From Lingula anatina (Eukaryota > Animalia > Brachiopoda): a stretch of 64,000 nucleotides of DNA. The first letter of the stretch is position 1, and every line of letters begins with the position of its first letter. A model generated the notes under the pieces. The model saw only the letters and a program-made list of their open reading frames with translations, made no database searches and had not been told where the DNA came from. The translations under genes were made by a program, and so were the position numbers. Shown here piece by piece: positions 1 to 12,630 of the stretch. Where the stretch lies: NCBI GenBank assembly GCA_051362555.1, contig CM120649.1, positions 19,110,567 to 19,174,566 of the forward strand, read 5' to 3'.

Positions 1-92
1 TGCTTCCCGAATGTAGTACGAATTTTGAAAATTCTTCATTTCGGCTGGTTCTGCTTGATTCCTGCTGATTCCAAATCAGTGTGACGGGGCCT
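1..92. mobile_element. Right end of a probable PIF/Harbinger-like MITE
   Basis: Ends in GTGTGACGGGGCC (79-91), closely resembling the right TIR end ATGTGACAGGGCC of the 24606-25496 element; the left end lies outside the window. Confidence 0.4.
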
Positions 93-740
93 TTACTTGG
101 TAGCGACACACCCGACTACACACTTCTCCATTTAGATATCTTATATAATATTTGAGTTTTTTGAAAAAGAGAAATTTTTCGTAGATATACCTTTGAAACT
201 GAAATAAGCCATATTAAATGTTAAGTCTGTATAATTATAGTACGGTTTCTACACTGAAAACTGAATACGGCTGATCATCAACAGAGGGGTTTCGAAAAGT
301 AAAGTTATATATCCAGATTTCCCCAAAGGGATCCTTTACGTAGAGGGTCTGTTTCCTTCCCTACCGTGCGATCTTAACAAGCAAACGAGACGAGTGAAAT
401 GTTGCGTTTTGCTGATATGATAGTGGTTAGGGTAATACTTCTTTTTTCCAATTCTCAGGTGAAAAATGTGAAATCTACCTTTTTGTGTATATCCTTGGAA
501 ATTTTAAAATTCATGTCTTGTAAGTATGGTGAAATTGTCGTATTTAGTAAGGCGCCAGTTGTAATTTTAGGCACCCAATACATGATTCCTATATTTTCAT
601 ATTCCTACTATTTCTCACATCTAACCCATCAGCTACGCCTTAGGGCCAACTACAAAATTACAGCCGAAGTCTTCGCTTTGACAAAGGAAGTGTCTGAATT
701 ACTTTCCTGCCCGTGCTCTTTATTGTAATAGACTATACCC

Positions 741-1113
741 AAGCCTGAGGCTGTCTTCCTCTGTGTTAAAAAATGTGGTGTCATGTTAGTAATTGACATC
801 CACAAGTGAATAAGGTGCAGGTACTGAGTTGATTGATGTGCTCTTTTGACAGTTATACAACTGCGAATAATGTAAATGGAGAGAAGGCCGCTAAAGTTTG
901 CATGACATAGATACCAAAGCCGGAGGTTGTCTTCCACTGTGTTAAAGAATATATGGTGTCATGTTAGTAATTGACATCCACAAGTGAATAAGGAGCAGGG
1001 ACTGTTTCGTAGAGGTAGGCCTACTGAGTTGGTTGATGTGTTCTTTTGACATTTATTCAACTGCGAATAATGTATACGGAGAGAAGGCCGCTAGAGATTG
1101 CATGAGACAGAGA
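741..1113 (+). repeat. Two diverged direct tandem copies (~175-195 bp) in intron 1 of copy A
   Basis: GGTGTCATGTTAGTAATTGACATCCACAAGTGAATAAGG and CAACTGCGAATAATGTA...GGAGAGAAGGCCGCTA each occur twice. Confidence 0.8.
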
Positions 1114-1918
1114 TAGAAATGGGGAGAAGGCGGTGCGGGATATGGCTGGAAAGAAGTTAATGAATAACACGAAAGAACATAAATGAGTTGTATTTACTAT
1201 CTCGGCAGAAGTTAAGGACTACAACTTCGCCACAGATGCATTTTTACCGCTGGCGTCGATATTTTTTCACTTATATCACTGTAAAACTACCAAAATGTTC
1301 AAAGACTGCAGAATTTGCCGAAACAGCTCAATCTCAATATTAATTAATTGATTGAATAATGCACCAACGTCAAAATCTAATCGATTCTAATTAAGCCCAT
1401 TACTGAGGAATCCTGAAATTTTATGTACATCCACCCATTTTTTTTAGTTAGCCTGCTTATCACAAACAAAACAACGATGTTCAAATCATAACCTCCTTGG
1501 CAAGTGTAAAAGTGACACACCCTTTTCATACTTTGCCCTATATCTGTTTTAACTACAGCTGTATTAACGGTAAAATCTTATCATAAAAATCAAGGAAATC
1601 AAAAAATCAATTTTGTATAGATTTCCGGAGTATCTTTACTTGATGATTCATATTATAAGACAACTTTTCCATGAAAGTTAAGAGAGAACTTTTCCATATT
1701 TTGTTAATAATCGAGAATAAAATTAAAGAGAGCAACAGAATGTCTCACAGCAAACCTAAGAAAGACAAATTTTCTCTGAAAAGATTAAAACGCCAAACCT
1801 TTATCCACCATGTGCATTAAACGCCATTTAAATGTGCAATAACCGTGTATCCCACAGCTTCACTTGAAATACATAATTTTATATTATAATGTTGCTTTAC
1901 TTTTATGTACAGACTCAG

Positions 1919-2168
1919 ATGCACTTTCATTAATAACACGGTAAGTGGAAAACCGTTTTACCTTTTGACTTTAAACTTACAGGATGTGTGAATATTTATA
2001 ATACGCAGGTTGAGTTCGAAAATCAGCATGATCGGGCCATTTTTTAAAAGCTTTGCTGTCTTTTCGCTTTTATCAGCATCTATGCATCACTAATAACACG
2101 ATAAGTGGGAAACCGTTTTACCTTTTGGCTTGAAACTTACAGAACAGATGAATATTCATAATATGCAG
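1919..2168 (+). repeat. Direct repeat pair (~165 bp period), likely an internal repeat of a dispersed element also present at ~25680-26000
   Basis: TAATAACACGRTAAGTGGRAAACCGTTTTACCTTTTGRCTT occurs at ~1931 and ~2091; the AGTTCGAAWATCAGC...GATCGG motif is shared with ~25751. Confidence 0.65.
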
Positions 2169-2727
2169 TGTATAAGTGGTTTTCTTTAGTTTTAATTCTT
2201 CAGCATTATAACAGCCTCATTATTGAGCTAATTAGATTCGTGAAAGGGTTCTTTTGACATTTTGACATCTTAACAATATTATTAGTTGATTATATAAAAA
2301 TGCTGGTAAACCTGTTATCGTTCATTGTATAATACAGTGTCAAAAATGGAAGTAAACTCATATCATTGCAGTTTGTCAGATCCAATATTTTACTATGTTC
2401 AAAATCTCTGAATGGAGCAAATTGGACATTTATAATTGTTCTATTGATATTTTTCCTATGTCAACAATTTTCTTACATGATCAAATATAATGACAGTAGT
2501 TTCATTATTTTGCATTTTGTGAATTTGAACTCTGTATGGTCCTGAAACTGTAATCTTATTGACCATGTTACCCGTTGTGCATGATTAAAATTTAATGTTG
2601 ATTGATTATGCTGTTATAAGAATTATTTATTATTGTATCAAAATTGACAAAATGACTTATTTTCTGCATCTCTATTTTCTGCTTTTTGTCTGTACATTTG
2701 ACAGCTTTGCTGCCTTGTTTCATGTAG

Positions 2728-3033
2728 TTTGCAGTAATAATGTGACAGATGACTTCCTAATTATTGCGGACCTACAAAGCGGCGTAATATGGCAAAGAGA
2801 TTTAATCACACGAAGAGTGCATGCCATCTACACCCAGTGTAATAATCCTGCATCAGCAAGTTACGACCCCATAGAGCAACGTGTTTACTGGACTGAAATC
2901 TTCACCTTCGCTAAAATAAGAAGAGTAAATATTGATGGAACAGAGCCGGAGACCGTCTTTAATTTCACTTATGGTAAGTCTGATATAGTTACATCGACAT
3001 GTTTAACTTACAGGCATATTGACACTTAGGCAT

Positions 3034-3093
<60 letters not shown>

Positions 3094-6027
3094 TCATTCA
3101 AAATCAAACTTCTCCTTCCAGGGAGCGTGCCGGAGATTGTGACAGTTGACCATATTTCCCGCCTCCTCTATTACACTGAGGCTATATACAGTACCGTTGG
3201 TGTTATGCGAATGGACGGCTCACAGCACAAGGTTTTGTTTAGAGCTAATAAACCGAGAGGGATAACACTGGATCCAATTAATGGGTATTCATAATATTTC
3301 TATTTTCTTGTACTTGCTGACATAATTCTTTTCTTTTTAACAAATTACATGATGGAAATTGGAATTAATGTTTTCTTTTTACCTAAAACTAACCTTGTAT
3401 GTAGTTATAGTACTATAAACATCTTTGTGCATTTTGCGAAACATATACTGTTCTTTTTTACCACTTTTTATCATAAGTAAGTTATTTGTTTTAAATAATA
3501 TATTGGATTTTTGTCTTGTTTATTTATATAAATCAGATTCCTTATCCTTACAAAATAGTTTTCATCGGATTGTATCATAACGCCATTGTATTTATTAGAC
3601 TTTTAAGGGGTTGCCAAACTATTAAATTAACACAGAGTCCGGCAATTTGTCAATAAGGAAGTGAGATTCAGCGTGAAGTTTTAGGGGACAGCCAGAGAGT
3701 GCACGTTTACGTCTGTACTTTTTAATCTAAAGTCATGTATGGTGTGTTGTTATGCCGTACTTATTATGTAATGTAAAAGTTAGGATTTGACCAAAACGAA
3801 AATGGCAAGCTTTCAGAAGCAAATGTAAACTTGTGGATTAAGCTTTATTTTCTGATACAATTTTAAGCTGGACTTTTGAAATATTAAGTTCTTGAAGCTC
3901 TTATACTGACATGGAATTTTTTGGTCAAAAATCTTGTCCCACCTCTAATTTTTTTATTTATGATCACTTCACAACTGTAAATCATTTAGGACCTGTATTA
4001 TATACTAACAATGCGTCCAGCACCTCTCTAAATTGTAATTTTTACGTGATTTTGTTGACCGTGACGCTTCATGACGTTATGTGACGCGTCATAGTGTTAC
4101 ATGACGTAAAAGGTACACATTTCTACTATGTTACAGTTGGATGTATTGGACGGATTGGGGTGCGGAACCAAAGATAGAACGCGCCCACATGGACGGCGAA
4201 AACAGGCAAACTGTAGCGGACACGGATCTGATATACCCGAACGGAATAGACATTGACGTCCCTGGTGAGATTTGATGTCTGAAATAATTGCACTGAATTT
4301 GGAATATGAAGATAATAATTGCCATTTTTAACTAATCAAGGTATTTCCCAATCAGAGCTGCAATGACAATTAATCCCTGTAGACAAAAGTTTATGTGAAG
4401 CGTTCCTTGTGTCGTTGTTATCATCTCAGCCTCCTCAGGTAGCAACTGCCAACTTGCAACGTACTATACACGGCACAGTGGCGCGATACAATACAGTGTA
4501 CGTGTAAGAATGAGGGAATGCACGTGACGTCAGATGTAGTTAACTTTAACATATTATAACGTCATAGCAACGTGCTAGCCACGTGACCCGAACGTGACGT
4601 GTTTGCTAAGTATGTTTGAAATGGTGTGATGTACTAGAAAATGGATGCATGCTCTCATTTTATAAATTCTTGACTGAAATATACGGATCATTGTACTTTG
4701 AACCCCTAATATGACAAATACATATTAAATACCTTACACACTCTTTCCTTTAAATCATATGACATAAGCATTTACAATGATTATCTTGTTTGACAGAACA
4801 GAAACTTTTTTGGTGCGATGGATTCTATTCGAGAATTGAAACTTCCGACCCAAATGGAAGTAACAGAGAATCTTTGATCAGAGCGGGGGATACTGTTGGA
4901 GGCCAATACTATGATATAGCAGTGGACGGACAGCAGATATATTTCACTGATTTCAGCTTCGATGGTAAATGGTACGCGACGTCCGGTTTGGACATTTGTA
5001 AGAAAGTTTGTAGAGTTAGATTTTTAACTATAATTTTGCTGTTGAATCTGCTCAAAATGATAATGTTATTATGGAGTTTTCAAAAATTTAATCTTCATCC
5101 ATATTTGATTTTATATATCATATAATGAGCTATAGCTACTTATTTGTTTAGTAGCCTTTATTTTCATTTTGGTATTTAGATGATGCACGCACGTTTTGCA
5201 GGTCTTACCACAAGTACGACGGCGGTAATGTTACTGTTGAAAACGATGATTCTATTCAATCAGCCAAGTTACGAGGCGTTCGCGTGTACAGAAGCTCATA
5301 CAATTTATCAGGTAAGCCCTGGGTTATTTTACAGAAAGTTTGAAGTCAGTTTTGGGAATGAAACCCTTTTTGCCTAGGAGTTATGCGTGTTGTTGTTATT
5401 ATTATTTAGGTATTTGTACAGAAGCTCATTTTTTAAAAAGATGCTTATAGGAATCCCAACGCCCGATTTAAACATATTACTCATTTCGTGCCCCCCCCCC
5501 CCCCCCCATATTGTCATATGATCAAAACATCTTATCCCTTAACTAAAGATATTATTGGACGTTACATTCTGCTTTGTTATGGCAATTTTGAATTATAGGA
5601 TCGAACGGCTGCAGTGTAAACAATGGGGGTTGTCCATACCTGTGTCTGCCCAAACCCAACGGCAGAACGTGCGCATGCCCAGATGAGGAATCAGGATGCG
5701 TTTCGACGCCAACTGATACACCAACCACAGAAAGCTTTCTAATTTTTGCGGACAAACAAAACGGTGTAATATGGCAAAGGGATCTCATCACGCGGAGAGT
5801 GAACGCCATCTATTCCCAGTGTAATAATCCTGCATCAGCAAGTTACGACCCCATAGAGCAACGTGTTTACTGGACTGAAATCTTCACCTTCGCTAAAATA
5901 AGAAGAGTGAATATTAATGGAACAGCGCCGGAGACCGTCTTTAATTTCACTTATGGTAAGTCTGATGTAGTTACACTGACATATTTTAAATTGCAAGCAT
6001 ATGTACACACTTGCGCGCACACACACT

Positions 6028-6061
<34 letters not shown>

Positions 6062-6068
6062 TTCACAC

Positions 6069-6117
<49 letters not shown>

Positions 6118-8307
6118 CACTGAAAGGACATACTTCTCTTTCAAGGGAGCGAGCCGGAGACCATTACAGTTGACCATATTTCCCGCCTCCTCTATTACAC
6201 AGAGGTTACACATAGTACTATTAGTGTTATGCGAATGGACGGCTCACAGCACAAGGTTTTGCTTAGAGCTGATAAACCAAGAGGAATAACACTGGATCCA
6301 TTTAATGGGTACGTGAAATATTTTTCTTTTCTTGTACTTGCTGATATAATTAATTTCTTTAAAGACATAACATTATGAAATTTGGAATGAATGTTTTTCT
6401 TTTAGCTAAAAATTACCTTGTATATACTAGTTATATTACTAAACATCTTTGTGCCTTCTGCAAAAACATATACTGCTCTGTTTAACCTCTTTACAAAATA
6501 AGTAAAGCGGGCGATTTTTATCGAAATTTGCAATTCATCATTTTCCACGATCGTTGCATTTAAGGACGTATACAGTACAATCTTACAAGATGACTGCTAA
6601 AATTTCAGTACTTTTAAGTTACTTAATGTTTTCAAAACGTTCTTGAAGCCGTTATATTGACATACATTTTCAGGTCAAAGATGTTGTCCCACTTTTATTC
6701 CATTTTTTTAAAGATCTCTTGATAGCTGTAAAGCAAATAATGCATTGGGCCAATCAGACCTCTCCAAATAACAAATCTGACGTGGCCCTGTTGAGTGTGA
6801 CGTTTCATGACGTCACGTGACGTGTCATGGTTTTACATGACCTAAGACACACGTTTCCCATACTTGTTACAGTTGGATGTACTGGACGGATTGGGGAATG
6901 GAACCGAAGATAGAACGCGCGCACATGGACGGCGGAAACAGACAATCTGTGGCGGACAAGGGTCTGATATACCCAAACGGAATAGATATTGACATCCCTG
7001 GTGAGATCCGAACGATGTTTTAAAATACTGCATTTAATTTGGAGTATCATAACAATTGCCCTTTATCGCTAAATAAGAGATACGGGAAATAAGATTCCAT
7101 TAATTTATCAGAATACTTTGAATCTTTTTTCATGTTTACATTATAATAATAACTATAAAATTTTATAGCAACCAAAAGGTTTAAGTTATACAGATATATA
7201 TATATGAATAAAGGCGCATTTGAAAAAAATATTTAGGTATAAAGAAAAAACACGGGCTCTTAGATAGTAAAATGGACATTTCACATGATTTTCATCCAAA
7301 ATAAATTCCATGTGTTCTCCTTACGCGTTTGAACCCCCCCCCCCCCACACACACACACACACAATCATATTCATGTTCTGTTAAGCTTCTCCCTCCCAAT
7401 TCTTATTCATTTCATATTCAACATATAGCCCTTTTAGCAGACCATCGTCCTATTCCTTGTTCTATATTAGAAAGCAATTTTTGGGGATGTTGATCAAGTA
7501 AAGAGGTTTATTTTCACAGTTCGTGGCACACAGAGAGATCTTTCTGTATACATTTGTTTTTTGCTGTATTCAAAAAACCTTCCCAATACCGGGCGCAAAA
7601 TTCTTGAAAGAGTATTTGACAGGTAATAAGTGTATCTAAATCATAAGGTATAATTGGTTGTGGCGTAGAAAAAGGATGATATCATAACGGTTAAAATACT
7701 TGACGGAAAAAAATCGGATAACTGTACTTTGATTCTCTTCAAAATAAATATCGAATGCACACTTTCCTTTAAACTTGGTTTACAGAACAGAAACTTTATT
7801 GGTGCGATGGACTCTATTCAAGAATTGAAACCTCTGACCCAGATGGAAGTAACAGACGATCTTTAATCAAACCGGGAGATACTGTTGGAGGCCGATACTA
7901 TGATATAGCAGTGGACGGCCAGCAGATCTATTTCACTGATTTTAGCTTTGATGGTAAATGGTACGTTATTTCCGGTTTAGATATTTGAAAAACATTTTGT
8001 AGAGTTTTTAAAACTATAATTTTGCTGTTGAATGTGGGCAATACATGTAGTTATGAATTGAACTTCAGCTGTGACACGTACATGTATACGTCCACATGTA
8101 ACAACGAGTGAAAAACCATACCTTGAACGTTAGTAATATATTCGTTGGGTGAGAGGGTAGTGAAATCGGTTTTCACATTCCTTCTGCCTAAAATGTTAAT
8201 ATCATAGATTTTTAATCTGTTCATATATATTCAGTTATATATATCGTATGATGAGTTATTTCTTTGTTTATTTATCCTCTTTTATCTTTTTGGTATTGAA
8301 ATGACTT

Positions 8308-8355
<48 letters not shown>

Positions 8356-8551
8356 AAATGAAGTTTGTTTGTTTTGCAGGTCATACCACAAGTACGACAG
8401 CGGTAAATTTACTGTTGAAAGGAATGATTCTATTCCATCGGCCAAGTTACGAGGCGTTCGCGTGTACAGAAGCTCATACAATTTATCAGGTATTACGTTA
8501 TTTAACAGAAAGTTTGAAGTGAATTTTTTTAATCAAGCCTTAGTAGCCTAG

Positions 8552-8589
<38 letters not shown>

Positions 8590-9983
8590 TAGGTTTTTTT
8601 AACAGAAGCTCAGCTTTATTTTTTTTAAGATGCTTATTGATATCGCAGCGCCCACTTTAAATATATTACTCCACACCATTTCATATTCGCATATATTGTC
8701 ACGTGATCAAAACACCTCAAACTTTTGCGCAATATATTATTTTAATTACGTTTTGCTATGGCAACTTTGCACTGTAGGATCGAACGGCTGCAGTGTAAAC
8801 AATGGTGGTTGCCCATACCTGTGTCTACCAAAACCTAACGGCAGAACGTGCGCATGCCCAGATGAGGAATCCGAATGCGTTTCGACGGCAACTGATACAC
8901 CGTCCACTACTGTTAAAGAAGTCAGAGCTAAAAATGACACAGGTAGCGTGGATTTCAAAGGACTAAATAAATAGCTTGGAAATTTTCATGACTGTGATTG
9001 CTGTTGACTTTGTTCTCTATGGCAACATCTCCTCAAGGCTATTTTAAAATGGAGACCATCTGGTTTGAATGCGAGCAGGTCTACCTCTTTTAATTTTAAA
9101 ATTTGCAAGGCCTCGAAATCATGATCATACATGGTTTTCACCTTTTGGTTATTTGTCAATTTTTTTTTTTTATTCTGTTATTTTTGTGATTTCAGAAGTA
9201 AAAGCCAATGACTCGACAATCACCCCATTGGAAATTATTGTCCCAGTGTCCTCGTTGCTGGCTGTTGTCATATTGGTAGTGGTCATCATACTAGTATTTT
9301 TGAGAAGACGAAGGTAAATATCTCTCCCTCTCCTTCTCTCTCTCTCTCACTAACATAAACACACTCTCTGCCTTTAATAAAACCCTGTGTTTAGTCATGC
9401 TTTTCATTCACGTTTCTGTATCTATTATTGATGTATTTATTAAGTTTTATTAGCTTAGTTGGCTAATAGGATATCGTTTGGTCTGTTCAGTCATGTATAT
9501 TTTCAATTGTATATTTCCTTTATACGAATATATATATATATATATTACAAGATCATATTTTGGAACACCGCCACCCTTACCACAAAGCTTACCTTACCTC
9601 ACCCCACCATTTCACAGCACGCACTCACTCCCTCTTTCTTCGTTGAAATTCCGTAGCTTTGCTATATTTCCATTCGCGTTTTTATGTTGCCTATCAATTT
9701 ATATTGCAGTTTTATTTGCTTAGTTTTTTATTTGGATACCCTTTGTTCTCTTCACTCGTGCTAACACATACACATGTACTACGAACTACGAAATTTCAAA
9801 TCGTACATTTTTATTTTTATGTCCCACTTCTAATTGTCATCCATTTGAGATGTTAATCGGCACTAGTAAATATATGTGTATATAACAACATCATATTTCA
9901 GAAGAGCACAAAGTTTACCTCAACCCAACCCAAGATATTACAACGGTGCGGTACCGGCCCCTCCTGGATCACCTGAAGGATAG
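2728..9983 (+). CDS. YWTD beta-propeller/EGF type-I membrane receptor, copy A (two propeller-EGF modules; 5' partial, signal exon presumably upstream of window)
   Basis: Exons with GT-AG ends that join in frame: 2728-2973, 3122-3284, 4137-4264, 4797-4971, 5202-5311, 5599-5955, 6146-6308, 6873-7000, 7786-7960, 8380-8489, 8778-8942, 9196-9313, 9902-9983 (TAG). Each module has YWTE, YYTE, YWTD, (F/Y)WCD and YFTD motifs plus EGF [30 protein letters not shown]. TM helix [23 protein letters not shown] is followed by RRRR. Bases ~240-400 match intron 1 of copy B (~12830-12990), placing exon 1 before base 1. Confidence 0.85.
3034..3093. repeat. Compound (CA)n(GA)n microsatellite in intron 2; homologues at 6017-6114, 15391-15435, 27605-27662
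   Basis: Directly visible at the equivalent intron in all four propeller modules (CA part reduced in C). Confidence 0.95.
9552..9630 (+). pseudogene. Duplicated, probably dead 5' fragment of the cytoplasmic-tail exon of copy A
   Basis: Encodes [16 protein letters not shown], homologous to [18 protein letters not shown] of copy C, but the homologous acceptor reads TATTTTGG instead of TATTTCAG. Confidence 0.55.
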
Positions 9984-10133
9984 CTTCGTGTATCGGTCAT
10001 TAACCCGTAGTATGACAATAATGTTCAAAGCGCCTACCAAAATTCGATAGCAGAAAACGTTCATGAAGTACCAAGTAAGGATGAAGACTATGGCAGAATT
10101 ATACCAGGGGATCAATGTGCAACAGCCCCTTAG
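9984..10133 (+). pseudogene. Post-stop relic of the ancestral cytoplasmic tail of copy A
   Basis: After TAG 9981-9983 the same frame reads LRVSVINP*YDNNVQSAYQNSIAENVHEVPSKDEDYGRIIPGDQCATAP*, aligning with the B tail LRVSTNSDYDTIPGDY...TYEVP...DYASILP. Confidence 0.75.
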
Positions 10134-11759
10134 CAAGGCCAAGCAGTTTCAGACAAAATAAACCCAAGCAGATCTAGAGAAAACATATTATTAAGTGACA
10201 ACATGTCGGATGTTGTAACACAATGGTATCACGAATGACATTATGAATATCATATAGTCGTTTTTTTTTATTTTTTTTTTTTTTGCTTTTTTTCTTATGG
10301 GAATAAAGACTCTATAAATCTAGACGAGTGCCAAAGGCGGCACGAATTACAAGCACCTGAACACTGTATCAATTCGCACGAATTTTAGGACTTCAGCAAC
10401 ACCCTTCCCGCCCGAGCTTCTTTTTATCAATATACCACACTGCTTTTATGAGTGGACATAATTCACTGTTTCTGAACGTTTTTATATATTATCCAAGATT
10501 GCGACAAATATGATCACGACATTACTGCATAAATAAATCTTATTTAAACACCAATTAGAATTTTAAAGCTATAATTTAGATTGTTAATTTAGAAAGGATA
10601 CTGTACAATGTAGGTCTATGCTAAACTGAAATGAATTTAAACAATGAAATCACTTTTGTGATGTTACAGAGTTTATGCCTGTTTATGAGTTTTCAATTCT
10701 TGTTTACAACCTGGCGACCGAAATCCCACTTGTCTATATCTCCATCACGAGAGTGACTCAAAATTTGGAAAAATATAGTGTAAACTGAAATAGGTTTATG
10801 GATCTTGCTATTGTCAGATTTCAATACAATCTTTGACGCAATGCATTGTCACAACTAACAAAATAAAACGGGTGCAACACAATTATTATTATTATTATTA
10901 TTATTATTATTGCAAATATTGTTGCATTGTTTTATATTGTTCGATGTCTTTTTATTGTCAGTTTTGTTTGGCTAAATATCTCCCGCTGTTGCTGTCCATT
11001 GTATCGTAACTCCATGGGATCGTACAGTTTTGATATTTTGAAATTATGTCGACAGTGTCATTCGGACTTTTTGGCGTGTGAAAATTTACAAAAGGTCCCT
11101 CATCCCTCATCCTCAAAATATAAAAATTATATGTTTAAATCCCTCAGCTGAATTTTTCTTATATCGTGACTTCGTGACTTTTGTTTTTGGTTATTTTCTG
11201 TAATTAAAGTAGCTGTTGAAATAGCCCAATACAAAATGGTCTGAGTTCTTAGGGGGAAGCCCAAGGAATTGAGGATATGCTTAAACGGCCCTCTATCCTT
11301 TGTTAAAGGTTACCAGTCAAACGATTAGCATGGATGCATTTCGTTGTTGGTGGAAAATTTGACAGCGGGTTATTTACTGTAATAGCACACTCCTTGGTCA
11401 TGTTCACTCGATACGTCATTTAGGTCGGCTCAGAACCGTGCTACCACTAGAATTCACACAAAGTACTTAGGTTTGTGTCGACATTTTCTAAATGAAATTT
11501 ATTTCTAGTGGAGAATTTTCCACGGGCAACGCTGATTAATATTATAGCTGTTTCCGTGTCCTTGAGCCACGGAGTGCTGCTGTCATCTAACCCTGCGACA
11601 CAGAGAAGATCGAGACGATTTCTCTTAAGGACATATGTACGGAGCCCATTGCCTCTAGTCTGATTGTATTACAGCAGGATAAGCCGTACAGACACATGAT
11701 GATATATAAATGATTGTAGTGGATAACTGAAACTTCATTGTTGAGAACGAATCAACAAA

Positions 11760-11966
11760 GACCCCATTCCCACAGATTTTAGATCCCCGTGGGGAGTCTC
11801 ACTAGATTACTGTCAGCTTAGCCGGCTTAAATGTCTGTCCCGCCTACTAAAAGCTGTAAGGGGGAAATTAACTTCCGTGCGCGGTCCGCCGACAGCAATT
11901 TAGCGTGAACCCCCAGGGAGTTAGGTCGATCTAGTTGGATCGATCTAAATCTCTGGGAATGCACTC
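11760..11966. mobile_element. ~207 bp MITE with terminal inverted repeats
   Basis: CATTCCCACAGATTT ... AAATCTCTGGGAATG inverted pair; absent from the paralogous site at ~21510 (CAACAAAGTTAACGCC), which shows the empty site. Confidence 0.75.
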
Positions 11967-12049
11967 ACAGTTAACGCCATGTGAAGTTAACACATAGTAC
12001 CTCGAATGATGGGAATTGTGGGAAGCGTAAATTGGACACTACTCCTTCA

Positions 12050-12630
12050 CGAATCACATTCGTCACATTGTATCGGCCTCTACAACCAGGAAGTAATTTC
12101 ACTTTATTTACATGAATTCAGGCGCAGTGCGCAGAAATATTACTTAAACGAGAGGACGGCAACCAAAATTTTGATCGTGCTAAAATACTCAAAGACAGAT
12201 TTGACTTCAGTGTTGAAGTCTTACGTAACGACTTACAAAAGTCAACCGATTTAAAGCATCTTGACATAACCTGAATTTACGGATCTTAGTGCGCCATTTT
12301 TCAGCTTTTCTATAGGGCAAATTAATACTGCGCAAAACCGCTGGACATTTTGTCGCATTATAAAACAAGGCAAAGGCTCGAATAATATCAAGGTGTTCTC
12401 GTTAGCAGAAGTCAAAAGACGACGGAATTGGGTACTTTGAATCTCCTACGACGTGGAACATGCCAAAAAGGAAAGGAAATCAAATGAAGAACAGACCAAA
12501 TAACAGACTAATGTCACAGTAGGCTGGGACCAGACACTGTTTATCTCGAGCAAAACTCACAAAACATAAACAAGATCTGACTTGCATCCTGATATATTGT
12601 TTCAACGCGTGCCATATCGACCCTGATATA
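12050..12630 (+). promoter_or_regulatory. Putative promoter/5' UTR of copy B (homologous to ~23435-24065 of copy C)
   Basis: Non-coding block conserved between B and C, with ETS-like CAGGAAGT and TATAAAA (12359-12365; copy C 23766-23772) ~270-300 nt upstream of the ATG. Confidence 0.4.

Noticed and set aside
741-1113. CRISPR-like or other prokaryotic arrays
   Set aside because: Only two long diverged units with no repeat-spacer structure; the window is clearly eukaryotic.
1195-1510. Possible Helentron/HINE-like repeat end (CATAACCTCCTTGGC)
   Set aside because: Resembles a common invertebrate/fish repeat terminus but is too degenerate to delimit without a library search.
2595-2727. Apparent signal peptide [25 protein letters not shown] at the start of ORF 2595-3029
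   Set aside because: The homologous sequence is intronic in copy C (~26590-26642), an AG at 2726-2727 matches the B/C exon-2 acceptor, and B/C use a separate upstream leader exon. T-rich intron ends mimic hydrophobic leaders.
5986-6289. ORFs with [16 protein letters not shown] runs (also 27560, 47934, 51962, 55354, 38364)
   Set aside because: Translations of microsatellites.
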